A DNA stretch of 64,000 bases from Tetramitus jugosus. Lineage: Eukaryota > Protista > Heterolobosea. Position 1 is the stretch's first letter, and each line of letters begins with the position of its first letter. This document shows positions 19,610 through 29,681 of the stretch, in pieces. The stretch covers positions 1-64,000 of the forward strand of contig OW569362.1 of the NCBI GenBank assembly GCA_937625935.1, given 5' to 3'. A model generated the notes under the pieces. That model was not told where the DNA came from and ran no database searches. It was given only the letters and a program-made list of their open reading frames with translations. Both the position numbers and the translations under genes were made by a program.

Positions 19610-20218
19610 ATGCTGATTGGTTTTCTTGTGCACTCACTGGCCAGTGATGATGTTTGCTTGTTTGCTCACTTTTTTGATCATAGCATGAGAGCAAGTTCTT
19701 CTCTTCAGCCTCCAACAACGACCGGAAACAATGTGTTGTCGGTGACCATGAAAGAAAAGGTGTCTGCTGTGATACAGAGAGTCAACAAGGACCACTCTCG
19801 TGTTCTCTCCACTGCTCAAGAACGGTCCAATTTGGTGGATGAAGAAGCTTTGCGTAACACAAAGCTACAACAGGGAGCTTTTATGATACATGACAAGATT
19901 GCACACAAGGAAGGATCTTGGTTAATATTGTATCAGTTGATACCGAAAACTGACATTATACTTACAATGATATGCTCAGTTAGGAACTGTAATCGTGTGT
20001 TGGCCTCTCACATTCTTAGTCAAATTAGCTTACAGTTGGTTGCTGCTGTGAACAGAAGTGAAGAAGATGGAATAACAAATCCTCCAGTTCAAACAGGCAC
20101 GAGTGTATCTGCACAAGAGAGACAGGCAATGCAAATGAAACAATTTTTACTGCGACCAGAACTGGTGTATGCTTGTTTACATCGGTATTGTCCCCATGGT
20201 CAACTTCTATTGTCGTAA
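19610..20218 (+). CDS. AP5S1: AP-5 complex subunit sigma-1-like
   Basis: N-terminal MLIGFLVHSL, internal NRVLA, and C-terminal LLRPELVYACLHRYCPHGQLLL resemble the conserved ends of AP5S1. Confidence 0.72.
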   Translation: MLIGFLVHSLASDDVCLFAHFFDHSMRASSSLQPPTTTGNNVLSVTMKEKVSAVIQRVNKDHSRVLSTAQERSNLVDEEALRNTKLQQGAFMIHDKIAHKEGSWLILYQLIPKTDIILTMICSVRNCNRVLASHILSQISLQLVAAVNRSEEDGITNPPVQTGTSVSAQERQAMQMKQFLLRPELVYACLHRYCPHGQLLLS

Positions 20219-20410
20219 CATTGCAGTGAGAGGTGTCTGAACGTAATAGAATGAGCAAGACTTTGACCCAATAAATATCAATCATTCTGACCGGTCAAAA
20301 TGGCGCGCAATTGCTTCTGTACAGGTGAAAAAATAGGTAAGCAATCAAGAGGTTGGACTTGACTCGACGAAAACAGTGATTGATCGATAAAGGGGACACA
20401 AACAGCTCAA

Positions 20411-22498
20411 ATGAAGAGAAGTGATATTGAGAAAGCTGCTATTAAGAAGGCGAAAGTTCTCTTCGAACAGGGATACGCATTGATGAGCAAACAGAAGAAG
20501 TATTCTGAGTCAGTTGAAATATTCACGAACGCGATCAATACACATCCAGAACCAAGGTTTCACTTCTATCGAGCTCAGTGCTACAAGCACATGAGAGATT
20601 ATGATAGAAGTATTCTTGACTATTTGCAAGCAATTACCGAAGAGCCACTACCGTACTACATTCTACACAGAGGAATATGCTTTAGAACCAGAGCGAATGA
20701 ACATATGAATGCGCAAGATAGAGAGAAGGATCTCAATTTTTCTATTCGAGATTTCAACTTAGCTCTGAATGAACTGTCGAAGAAAGCAATAGATGGAAAA
20801 CGAACAGGAGACGATATTAAGACCTTCTTTTTATTGTATCTTAATCGAGGTATTACACATTTGGAGATGAAACAAAAGGAGAGAGCCATTGAAGATTTCT
20901 CTGCTTCCATCGATGTAATGGTAGCCTACAAACCGATGAATCCTCAGCTGTTCAAACCTTACTTCTTCCGTGGTAATACCCTACGGGAAATTGGAAAGTT
21001 AGAGTTGTCAATAGAGGATCTGACAAAGGCTGCGGAATTGGAGACTAGAAACTCTGCGGTTCAAAATAATTTGGGTTTGTCATTGTATGAGTTGGGAAAA
21101 TTTGATAGTTCGATTCAGAGATACACGAATGCAATCGAAATAGATCCAGACGTCGCTCCCTATTACAACAATCGTGGATTAGGTTATTATCGATTAAAAG
21201 AATTTGAGAAGTCATTGGAAGATTTCTCAGAAGCTATAAACAAGGATGAAAATGATGGAAACTTTTATTTTAATCGAGGTAACACATACCTTGCAATGAG
21301 AAAATACACTGAAGCCCTTGCAGACTTTGATAATGCTATTGGTAGAGTGAATGCAGATCATAAATACTATCATTGTAAGGGAATGGCATACCAAGAAATG
21401 AGGGATGTTCACCATGCTATTAAAATGTTTAAAAAAGCACTGGAGATAAATCCGGATTACATCCAATCGTTATATCATCTTGGACTCATGTATCATGCGA
21501 ATAGTCAACCATTCGAAGCTAAACGATGCTTCGAAAAGGTATTGGGTATGAAGAGTGATCGAAGAGCATTTGAAAGCAGAGGCTTAGTGAATCAAGACCT
21601 GTTGTATTACGACTTGGCAGTAGAAGATTTCTCTGCCGCTATTCGTTTGGCACCAAAGTATCCTTTGAACTATTTCCACAGAGGACGGTCGTATCTTTGG
21701 TTAGGCAGATACAAGGAAGCGATTTCCGATTTCAATGAAGCTTTCCTTCTCGGTTGTGAAGACGCTAAAATATATAATGCAAGGGCAATGGCTCAGAAGT
21801 ATATGAACAATCACGAAAACGCAATTGAAGATTTAGAGAAAGCTATTGAACTAGATGGAAACAATGTCGAATATCTCTTCAATCGTAGTCAGTGCTACTT
21901 TGATTTGAAACAATACCAAAATGCTATCGACGACTTGGATAAAGCGATCAACCAAATGAAGATCACAGACAAACGTGAGAAAATGCATCAACCTGAAGCC
22001 AAATTGCACTATCTCCGAGGATTAGCAAAATTCGAATTGCAACAATTCAAAGATTGTATTCACGATCTAAAAGTCGCACTTCGGACGAAGCCATCCTCTT
22101 CATTTGCTCACGATTGTTATTTCCACATCGGTGTTTCATATTGTAAGACAGGTAAGCATGACAATGCCATTCCCGCTTTCACAAAGGCCATCGACCACCA
22201 TAACGCGGGAGACAACCGAGCATTTGGAAATATTGCCTCCTATTATCATGAAAGAGCAAAAACATATCAACATCTGATGCAATCTGAGGATGCTATTGGT
22301 GATTTCACACAAGTTATTTCTCTCGAACCTGACAATGCTTATGCATACTTTCGACGAGCCTTCTCCTACAAGATTCTGCAAATGTTTGACGAAGCAGCCG
22401 AAGATTTTGAGAAGGCCAAGTCATTACAACCTGATAACCCCAATCTGGTAGTCAACTACAAAAAGATTCATGACATTGCGTACATTAATCTGGAATGA
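20411..22498 (+). CDS. Multi-TPR protein (TTC6-like)
   Basis: More than 15 TPR repeats (YxNRG...AIxDFxxAI). Confidence 0.92.
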   Translation: MKRSDIEKAAIKKAKVLFEQGYALMSKQKKYSESVEIFTNAINTHPEPRFHFYRAQCYKHMRDYDRSILDYLQAITEEPLPYYILHRGICFRTRANEHMNAQDREKDLNFSIRDFNLALNELSKKAIDGKRTGDDIKTFFLLYLNRGITHLEMKQKERAIEDFSASIDVMVAYKPMNPQLFKPYFFRGNTLREIGKLELSIEDLTKAAELETRNSAVQNNLGLSLYELGKFDSSIQRYTNAIEIDPDVAPYYNNRGLGYYRLKEFEKSLEDFSEAINKDENDGNFYFNRGNTYLAMRKYTEALADFDNAIGRVNADHKYYHCKGMAYQEMRDVHHAIKMFKKALEINPDYIQSLYHLGLMYHANSQPFEAKRCFEKVLGMKSDRRAFESRGLVNQDLLYYDLAVEDFSAAIRLAPKYPLNYFHRGRSYLWLGRYKEAISDFNEAFLLGCEDAKIYNARAMAQKYMNNHENAIEDLEKAIELDGNNVEYLFNRSQCYFDLKQYQNAIDDLDKAINQMKITDKREKMHQPEAKLHYLRGLAKFELQQFKDCIHDLKVALRTKPSSSFAHDCYFHIGVSYCKTGKHDNAIPAFTKAIDHHNAGDNRAFGNIASYYHERAKTYQHLMQSEDAIGDFTQVISLEPDNAYAYFRRAFSYKILQMFDEAAEDFEKAKSLQPDNPNLVVNYKKIHDIAYINLE

Positions 22499-22586
22499 AA
22501 AGCGAAAATTGTTCCCTTCACAAGTTCCGAAAAAAAATGGCTCACCGTAACAAAGAAGAACACAACAACCTGACGCAAAGAAAGAC

Positions 22587-23855
22587 ATGAATTTTAACTT
22601 GAATTTTCCCTTCTTTGGTTCATCATCGAATCAAGATCGCTCCTCCACCAGTACTAGTAGGACAAGCAACAATGATCACAGCAATGCCCATCATCCTTAC
22701 AACAATCATCATCGCTCTTCGGGTCACACTAGAAACAATAACAATGGCAACAGAAACGAAATCCCTCCGTCCTTTGCTCACCTCTTCCAAGAACATCAAG
22801 AAAATCACATGAGACATCACATGCACAATCGAGATCAACGAATTCATCAAGCGTTCGAACAAGCTTTTGGTTCCCAGTCGGTAAATTTCCACTATCATCA
22901 TGATAACACTAGCAACAACAACAACAACACCAATAATAATAATAATACTAATCACAACCAAAATAGTAATAACAGCGGAAACGATCATATCAACTTTGAT
23001 GGCAATCTGGGCAACTTTCATTCCTTCTTGAATCAGTTGTCCAATATAACTGGCGCGTTTAACGTGTCAACATTTACAAACGATAACAATAATTATAGTG
23101 GTGGCGATAACGATGGTGAAGATGGAATGAATTGGGATGACTTTTTAGACTATTCCTTCCAACATGATCAACAACAGCAGAGGAGTCAAGCACCTGCGAC
23201 ATCCGAGAAGGCCATACAGAATTTTCCGACATTTATGTTCACGTCAGAACAAGAAGACTCGATAAAGCTGAACAATGGCAGTGAATTTTGTCAAACGGAA
23301 TGCTCCATATGCATCTCAGATTTTGCTTTGGGTGAGGTGCTGCTATGTCTGCCCTGTCAGCACACATATCACAAAGAATGTATATTGCCTTGGGTGCAGC
23401 AGAACAACACTTGTCCCGTTTGTAGATATGAACTGCCCGTGGAGGACGAACAGTTGGAAAGGGAAAGGGTGGAGCGCATGAAGGCAAAGTTTACTTCCGA
23501 AGGTCTCAAGATTATGGAGATTGGTGCTCAAGTGAACACAGTGCTGCCCACCGTTCAGAGGTGTCGATTGAACTTTGAAGAGTTCTTGCGCCGGGTAGAG
23601 GAAGCCGAGCGAAATGGCCTGCTGATCCCTTCCAACCAAAAGAGGGACTTTTTGATGCGTGTAAAAAACAGACTCAACGGACTCGAAAGGAACTTGGATA
23701 ACTTTATGTGCATGCTTGATGCCCTGCAGGACTTCAAGGAGGAAAGGATCAAGAAACAACGCAAAATGCAAGTTGTAAAAATTCAGGAGGTCCAAAGTGT
23801 ACTGCAAGCGTTGAAGGACCGCGTAGTCAATGCCATGTCCATACGTGCACAATAA
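22587..23855 (+). CDS. RING-H2 E3 ubiquitin ligase (RNF126/RNF181-like) with a C-terminal BAG-like domain
   Basis: CSICISDF..LPCQHTYHKECILPWVQQNNTCPVCRYELP, preceded by PATSEKAI. C-terminal LDNFMCMLDAL...KKQRKMQVVKIQ...LQAL. Confidence 0.88.
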   Translation: MNFNLNFPFFGSSSNQDRSSTSTSRTSNNDHSNAHHPYNNHHRSSGHTRNNNNGNRNEIPPSFAHLFQEHQENHMRHHMHNRDQRIHQAFEQAFGSQSVNFHYHHDNTSNNNNNTNNNNNTNHNQNSNNSGNDHINFDGNLGNFHSFLNQLSNITGAFNVSTFTNDNNNYSGGDNDGEDGMNWDDFLDYSFQHDQQQQRSQAPATSEKAIQNFPTFMFTSEQEDSIKLNNGSEFCQTECSICISDFALGEVLLCLPCQHTYHKECILPWVQQNNTCPVCRYELPVEDEQLERERVERMKAKFTSEGLKIMEIGAQVNTVLPTVQRCRLNFEEFLRRVEEAERNGLLIPSNQKRDFLMRVKNRLNGLERNLDNFMCMLDALQDFKEERIKKQRKMQVVKIQEVQSVLQALKDRVVNAMSIRAQ

Positions 23856-24375
23856 AAGAGCCAGAGGGCAAAACACGAACTTCCAAAGTGACGTTTTTCT
23901 GAAATGGACAGTTCAAACATAAGATTCGTTCAGTTTGCTGTAGTGACCAAGATACTGGAGTTTTCACGCATCTATTCCCCCTTTTGTCAACAGCCAACAA
24001 AAAAACCTGACCACTTATGTTGGACGAACGTTCGACTCCAATCACATATCATACAGCCACACAAAAAAACTTCGCCTTTTTCTGTTGAACCATCTTTTCG
24101 AAACGAAATCACTTTCATCTACGTAGAATCCAATCACCCATAACACCACACCATTCACTTCCACCACACCCGTTGACAACCCGACAAAAAGTCCTTTGGT
24201 AGGTAGCAAGATTAAGTCAAATCAAAAATTTGTGTTGTGCACAAAAAACAAGCAAAATATCATTCAACCGACCAACAACAACAACAACGAATAACAGCAG
24301 CAGCAGCGGCAACTAGCAGATTACAAGACAAAAAATAACAAGATTGATCACATACAAAAACAACATCAACCAATC

Positions 24376-27300
24376 ATGAACAACAACAACAATAACAACA
24401 ACAACAACTCAAATGGTTATGATCATCACTTGAGTTTTATGAGTTTATTGGCCAGTGGAAGTGGTAGTGGACCACACACCACAAATGATGACCATTCACA
24501 ACAACAACAACATTTGACTTCATCGACTGCTGCTACGCCGTCGTCTCACATGTACTACTCTCATCCAATGATGCCTCCCAACTCTACGAATAACACTCCA
24601 AAAATGCCATCATCTGCCTCGACACCTACAACTACAGCTGCATTGTTGTCTGCCGCTCAACAACAACAACAACAACAAGCACTATTCGCTCATCCCTATC
24701 ATCTGTCTTCAGCTGCTACACCTGAACAACAATTACTCATGTCAACAACCACATCTGCTACTTCACATAATATGAACATGAATGGTGGTGATATGATGAT
24801 GTCTTCAAATGCATCTACTCCTTCACCTGTTGATTCACCACTCATTACACCCAGATTTGCATCATCCGCTGCTGCTATTATGGCCGCAAGGTATCAACAG
24901 TATCAACATTATCACTTGTACGAACATGGTAGTGCTTGTTCGTGTTGTGAACCCATCAATCCCAATTCCATGATGAACTCTGCTCAAAACAAGCATCATC
25001 ATCATCACCATCACCATCACCAACAATCACATCAGCAGATACAGCAGCAGCAACAACAGCAAATTCAACAACAACAACAACAACAACAGCAACAACAACC
25101 ATTAAAGAGTCCAAATTCATGTCGGCAGTGTAGAGCCAGTCACAGGCGGTGTGATCGTCTATTACCATCTTGTACTCAATGTCTCAAGCGTAAGGTTGCA
25201 GTGACATGTGTCTATGAACCATTGAAAACTCAGTCCATCAATCCATCCAGTGGCAGTAGTAGTGGTACCACGACCATTATTCTCAATAACTCTGCTGCTG
25301 CAGGCACTTCTACCTCCTCTTCATCCACCAACAATAGCACCTCCACCACTTCCACCACCACCAACAACAACACTAGCAATGATAATGCAAGCACGAGTCC
25401 ATCTGCCACATTACACTCCTCTTCGTCTTCCTCATCCTTGTCAGACACGTCCAACAAGAAAAAGAAGAGAACGAACAAGAAGAGAAAGGCACGTGATCAA
25501 GAGTCACAGGAAACAGAAGAGCAAGGATCGACGACCAGTGCCTCCACTAGCGGATCATCTCCTGCCTCACCACCATCGGATCAAGTTGCCAATATGATGC
25601 TTGCATCGTCTGCTTCATCATCGTCTACCTCGGGAGGAGGCAGTGGTAGTACTCGTCTGCCCTATCCACCTCCGTCAAAGCATCTCAAGATGGATCAACA
25701 GCAACCACAAAAACAAATGGTGTTTGATGGAGAACAAGTCGAAAAGTTTGTCATGGAGCATCCGAGTTCAGTCGGAATGGTTGCATCTAGTAGCAACAGC
25801 AGTGGCTCAAGCATGGGATCAACAACAGATTCCACCAATCAATCCGTCACTGGATTGCAGTTTAATTTATTGTCACCGTCGAGTCATCAAATTCTAGATG
25901 GTTGCTTCAAGCTTGTGTCACCAAAGGAAATGGGTATTCATTCAGATGAGTTTGAGCACAACCTGATTGCACAATTTCTCTGGAACAAGTCAGCCATGGC
26001 AGCGCAGCCTCAAAGTGAGAACTCGATAGATCAACAAGCATTTTTGGATCAAAAGGCCAGTCAAGCACTATGGTTCGCCTTCCAAGCAATTGCACTTCAA
26101 CAGTTGCCTGCTATGGAGAAATCACCGTATGTAAATACTGTACAGGAGACCAGATTGTGCGAAAGAGTATTGGAAAAGTTGCTGTACTCCATGGTGAATA
26201 TTAAGAGAAATGTGTCTAGCTTGGTGCAACTCATGTGTAAGTTTCCTAGAACACTACTCATGCAAGCATCTAGGAACATGTGTAAATTAGCCGAACAAGT
26301 CTTGTTGGATCCAAAGATCTTTCCATTTATTGGAAAGCATATGGTTTTGGCCCAGGCATGTTGCTTTTTGGTGTTTTATTTACTGGTTATTGGAGAACAG
26401 CCAGAGGAAGCCGCTGTTTTCCTGAAGGCTGTTAAGGTGTATGCTGATCGAGAACAGCGCGTGTTGGATATTGCGCCTGCTAATGTTACCAACGTCATTT
26501 CTCGTCAACAGCTACAAACACAACAAATGGTGATTCAGGGACTCATTGATGCATATGCCGCAATGAAATCAACTCTCTGGTTCAATAGTGCGGCTCCAAA
26601 GCAGAATGATTTCCACACGAAGAAATCTTTGAACAAGTTTATCAAATTGTCTCTACAAGCTGCACTGGTTGGCAGTAGTTACTCAAGCGACTCAAGGCTT
26701 GTCCTATTGAAACAACATGAGTGCTTGAAACGATTGAAAGCAATTTTGGACAGTGGTGATGATACCAAGGATCAACTTTACAGATTCTTGCTCACTTGTC
26801 AGGAGATGAGAAGAGATGCGACAAATCTTCCTGTAGAGTCATTCATGAATACCATCTGGCACATTTACGTTTTTAACTTTGAAGTATTTGCTTTGGAGAT
26901 TGCGGCTGCACAATTGAACTGCGATTTTGCTCAACTACAAAGCATTCAAGTCAATCTGGCTAATGAGATTGCTCAAGAGTGGTTGAATTGTCTGCCTGTT
27001 GTCATATCTTCTGGTGCCCGTTCGATGAATCTGCTCAAGTTTATTTCTCGTGTCCATATTCAACACTCAGCTCAACTCTGTTCCAACATGAATGTAACAT
27101 CCGACCAAAGCGATGTTTTGACAGAGGCACTTAAATTCCTACAGATTGACATTATCATTTTAGATGCCATCCATAACAAGTATGGTGTGACAAAGTACAG
27201 GGAAATGAGTGATCAGGTGAAAATTCAAGAGCAAATCCATAAGCGCTTCTTGGATCAAACTCTCGGACTGCAAACAGATAATGTTGTTCCTAGTCCTCAA

Positions 27301-27486
27301 GCAAATGCTTCCGTTTCACCTCCATCAGGTCATGTACAGATGGATAGTGTTGAAGGGGCAACCACCGGAAACAATCTCCTACAAATACCTGATGCCGGAA
27401 TGCTCGTGGATCCGACTAGTCGCCAATTGATGAGTCCTCTTAACGAGTCTCTCTTCATGGATTTGTTTAACTGGCAAGGATATTAG
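24376..27486 (+). CDS. Zn(II)2Cys6 binuclear-cluster transcription factor
   Basis: CRQCRASHRRCDRLLPSCTQCLKRKVAVTCVY, with poly-N/Q/H/S tracts and a basic NLS. Confidence 0.9.
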   Translation: MNNNNNNNNNNSNGYDHHLSFMSLLASGSGSGPHTTNDDHSQQQQHLTSSTAATPSSHMYYSHPMMPPNSTNNTPKMPSSASTPTTTAALLSAAQQQQQQQALFAHPYHLSSAATPEQQLLMSTTTSATSHNMNMNGGDMMMSSNASTPSPVDSPLITPRFASSAAAIMAARYQQYQHYHLYEHGSACSCCEPINPNSMMNSAQNKHHHHHHHHHQQSHQQIQQQQQQQIQQQQQQQQQQQPLKSPNSCRQCRASHRRCDRLLPSCTQCLKRKVAVTCVYEPLKTQSINPSSGSSSGTTTIILNNSAAAGTSTSSSSTNNSTSTTSTTTNNNTSNDNASTSPSATLHSSSSSSSLSDTSNKKKKRTNKKRKARDQESQETEEQGSTTSASTSGSSPASPPSDQVANMMLASSASSSSTSGGGSGSTRLPYPPPSKHLKMDQQQPQKQMVFDGEQVEKFVMEHPSSVGMVASSSNSSGSSMGSTTDSTNQSVTGLQFNLLSPSSHQILDGCFKLVSPKEMGIHSDEFEHNLIAQFLWNKSAMAAQPQSENSIDQQAFLDQKASQALWFAFQAIALQQLPAMEKSPYVNTVQETRLCERVLEKLLYSMVNIKRNVSSLVQLMCKFPRTLLMQASRNMCKLAEQVLLDPKIFPFIGKHMVLAQACCFLVFYLLVIGEQPEEAAVFLKAVKVYADREQRVLDIAPANVTNVISRQQLQTQQMVIQGLIDAYAAMKSTLWFNSAAPKQNDFHTKKSLNKFIKLSLQAALVGSSYSSDSRLVLLKQHECLKRLKAILDSGDDTKDQLYRFLLTCQEMRRDATNLPVESFMNTIWHIYVFNFEVFALEIAAAQLNCDFAQLQSIQVNLANEIAQEWLNCLPVVISSGARSMNLLKFISRVHIQHSAQLCSNMNVTSDQSDVLTEALKFLQIDIIILDAIHNKYGVTKYREMSDQVKIQEQIHKRFLDQTLGLQTDNVVPSPQANASVSPPSGHVQMDSVEGATTGNNLLQIPDAGMLVDPTSRQLMSPLNESLFMDLFNWQGY

Positions 27487-27685
27487 CCATCTTACTCTAA
27501 TAATAATGATATTTGGGCGAAGAGACAATAAAACTGTTTCTTGATGAAATTATGTGATGATCTTCCTATTTCTCCGACACTGGTTGACCAATTTAGTTTG
27601 ATGTTTTAGTTGATCTCTGAACTCTCGCACAAACGTTAAACAATCCAAGAAGAGTTCAATCTGGCGAAAGAAAGCACAAAACAAC

Positions 27686-29539
27686 ATGAGGAACAACTAC
27701 AAGTCCATTCCACTCACAATCCTACTCCTTTGCTCATTCGTCTTGTACTGTGATGTGTTCTGCTGGGGCGGGATGTTGGGACCTGTCCCAAACCCCAAAT
27801 TTTTCATCTCCCTAGATCACGTCTCCACTCCAAACATTTGGTCTTCCAATGTGACCATCACTCTGACTCTTACCTCTGACTATCAAGTGCCTGAAGGAAG
27901 TCACCTTGAACTGAGAACAGAGGGTTACTATGGACAAGCCGGGTGCAGTGAAACGTTCAAAGTCCAAAACCATTTCTTCAGACCGGAAACTGTATTAATT
28001 ACACAGAGTTCCTTCCTTGTCTCCAAACCAGAAACCTTGCACTTTTCTCTCAAGAAGGAATTGTTGTCAACACAGGAACCATCCTCCATTTACAATCACT
28101 TGCCCAATGGTTTGCGAGTCGAACTCCTTCTCAAAGCCAAACAGCAGAAATTAGTTAGTGTGGTGGAAAAAGTGATTCAAACAAGTTGCGTACCTTTCCC
28201 CAACATTAACTGCCTCATTGGAGATACTTTCCAATCTTTTACTCCATCTAAACATCTCAGCTTTGGTTCCACAAAGGGTAAACCAAGAGTCGAATCAACC
28301 AAACGCCCTTTCCCAATGTTTGACCAATTGAAGATTCCAATGATTAACGTTTTGGTTTTGGGTGAGGACAGAGACCTCTTTATTAACACAATGTTCAGTT
28401 CTCTCTCGGATCATATGCGTCACATTTCTTCTCCTCGACTCAGATTGGAAGAAGAATTCTATGAAGAGATTGACAAGAAGTTTGTGTTCCAAAAGGAAGA
28501 GTTGAAAGAACTGCAAGTATTGAGCGAATCATCCTTGGCAAACAAGTGCAGAATGAAGTCATTCAATTTGACTCAGATTGTTCGATTGTTTGACCCACTG
28601 TCAGTTGATTTCCCTTCAAATAAGAAAATGATTGAACAACTGCTGTTGGGTAAGTTACAGAACAAAGAAGCTCATTCCAGAAAGGAAAGAACTCTATTAT
28701 TCACCCAGAAGCGATTGAGGTCTGAAATTCATTCAGTTGTGATGCTCATATCCACCAGCGATATGAATCAAGAATCAAGATTGAAACAAATTCAATCGAC
28801 ATATGCAATGATCACTGAACTTGGATACAATCCTTTAGTGCTACTCACAAGAGTGATTCCTGATACCAAGTACGATACTATCATTGGTAAGTTGACAAAC
28901 CTGGCCAATCAGCTGAAATGCTCTCCCAATAGAGTTCTCGGTTTTGAATTGTATGAAGAGGATGGAGTGAAGTCATTTGAAGTTGATCAGAGTAGTTTGA
29001 CAGTGTTGCACAGAGTCATCAACTTGGGTAATGATCGCTTGGAATACCTGGTCAACACAGATGAGAATGTTGAAAAGTTGCAGTCTCTTGAGGTCAAGTC
29101 CAGAAAGCCATCCCTACTTCTGTTTACAACTTGTTTCACTGGTTTGGGAATTGTGGCATTGCTCATCCACTTTCTTTACCAACCTGATATCAAGAATGGG
29201 AAAAAGTCTTTACAGAGATCACTCTTTGAGGAGCCAGAGGAATCTGTTTTCGAGATGAAGGAAAGAGCCATGACTTCAGAGAAGAAGAAAAAGAAGAAGG
29301 AGAAGAAGGAGAAGAAGGAGAGATCAAAGAAAAAGAGTTCTTCATCAAAGAAACCAAGTGTGGTCATTCCTCCTTTGCCACTTCATCAGGTACCATCAAT
29401 GAGTGAAACTCAACAAAGTCAACCCGAGACCAATCTACAAGAGTTGATCAAGACATCACGCATGAATCTGCAGAAAGAAGTTGATATTGTACTAAGGAAG
29501 CAGGAAGATATGCAAAAGTTGCTGTCAAGTGACTCATAA
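27686..29539 (+). CDS. Membrane protein (signal peptide and one TM) with a degenerate IFI44-like P-loop domain
   Basis: Signal peptide. INVLVLGEDRDLFINT lacks the GKS. IHSVVMLI and GYNPLVLLTRV follow. A TM segment LLLFTTCFTGLGIVALLIHFLY precedes a Lys-rich tail. Confidence 0.55.
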   Translation: MRNNYKSIPLTILLLCSFVLYCDVFCWGGMLGPVPNPKFFISLDHVSTPNIWSSNVTITLTLTSDYQVPEGSHLELRTEGYYGQAGCSETFKVQNHFFRPETVLITQSSFLVSKPETLHFSLKKELLSTQEPSSIYNHLPNGLRVELLLKAKQQKLVSVVEKVIQTSCVPFPNINCLIGDTFQSFTPSKHLSFGSTKGKPRVESTKRPFPMFDQLKIPMINVLVLGEDRDLFINTMFSSLSDHMRHISSPRLRLEEEFYEEIDKKFVFQKEELKELQVLSESSLANKCRMKSFNLTQIVRLFDPLSVDFPSNKKMIEQLLLGKLQNKEAHSRKERTLLFTQKRLRSEIHSVVMLISTSDMNQESRLKQIQSTYAMITELGYNPLVLLTRVIPDTKYDTIIGKLTNLANQLKCSPNRVLGFELYEEDGVKSFEVDQSSLTVLHRVINLGNDRLEYLVNTDENVEKLQSLEVKSRKPSLLLFTTCFTGLGIVALLIHFLYQPDIKNGKKSLQRSLFEEPEESVFEMKERAMTSEKKKKKKEKKEKKERSKKKSSSSKKPSVVIPPLPLHQVPSMSETQQSQPETNLQELIKTSRMNLQKEVDIVLRKQEDMQKLLSSDS

Positions 29540-29681
29540 GGACAATCTGAATGTTAACTCGTAATACTGTAAATAATATATTGACTGAATTCTCTGTATG
29601 ATCCTTGAGCATGTTCATTGCAAGGATCAAATCCCTCCAATCTTATCTTTTCATACGTCAAAATCTGTTATCTAAACTCTG

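Noticed and set aside
27788-27799. Telomere-like CCCAAACCCCAA (also TTTGGGTTTG near 21070)
   Set aside because: Short, imperfect and inside coding sequence, so compatible with chance.
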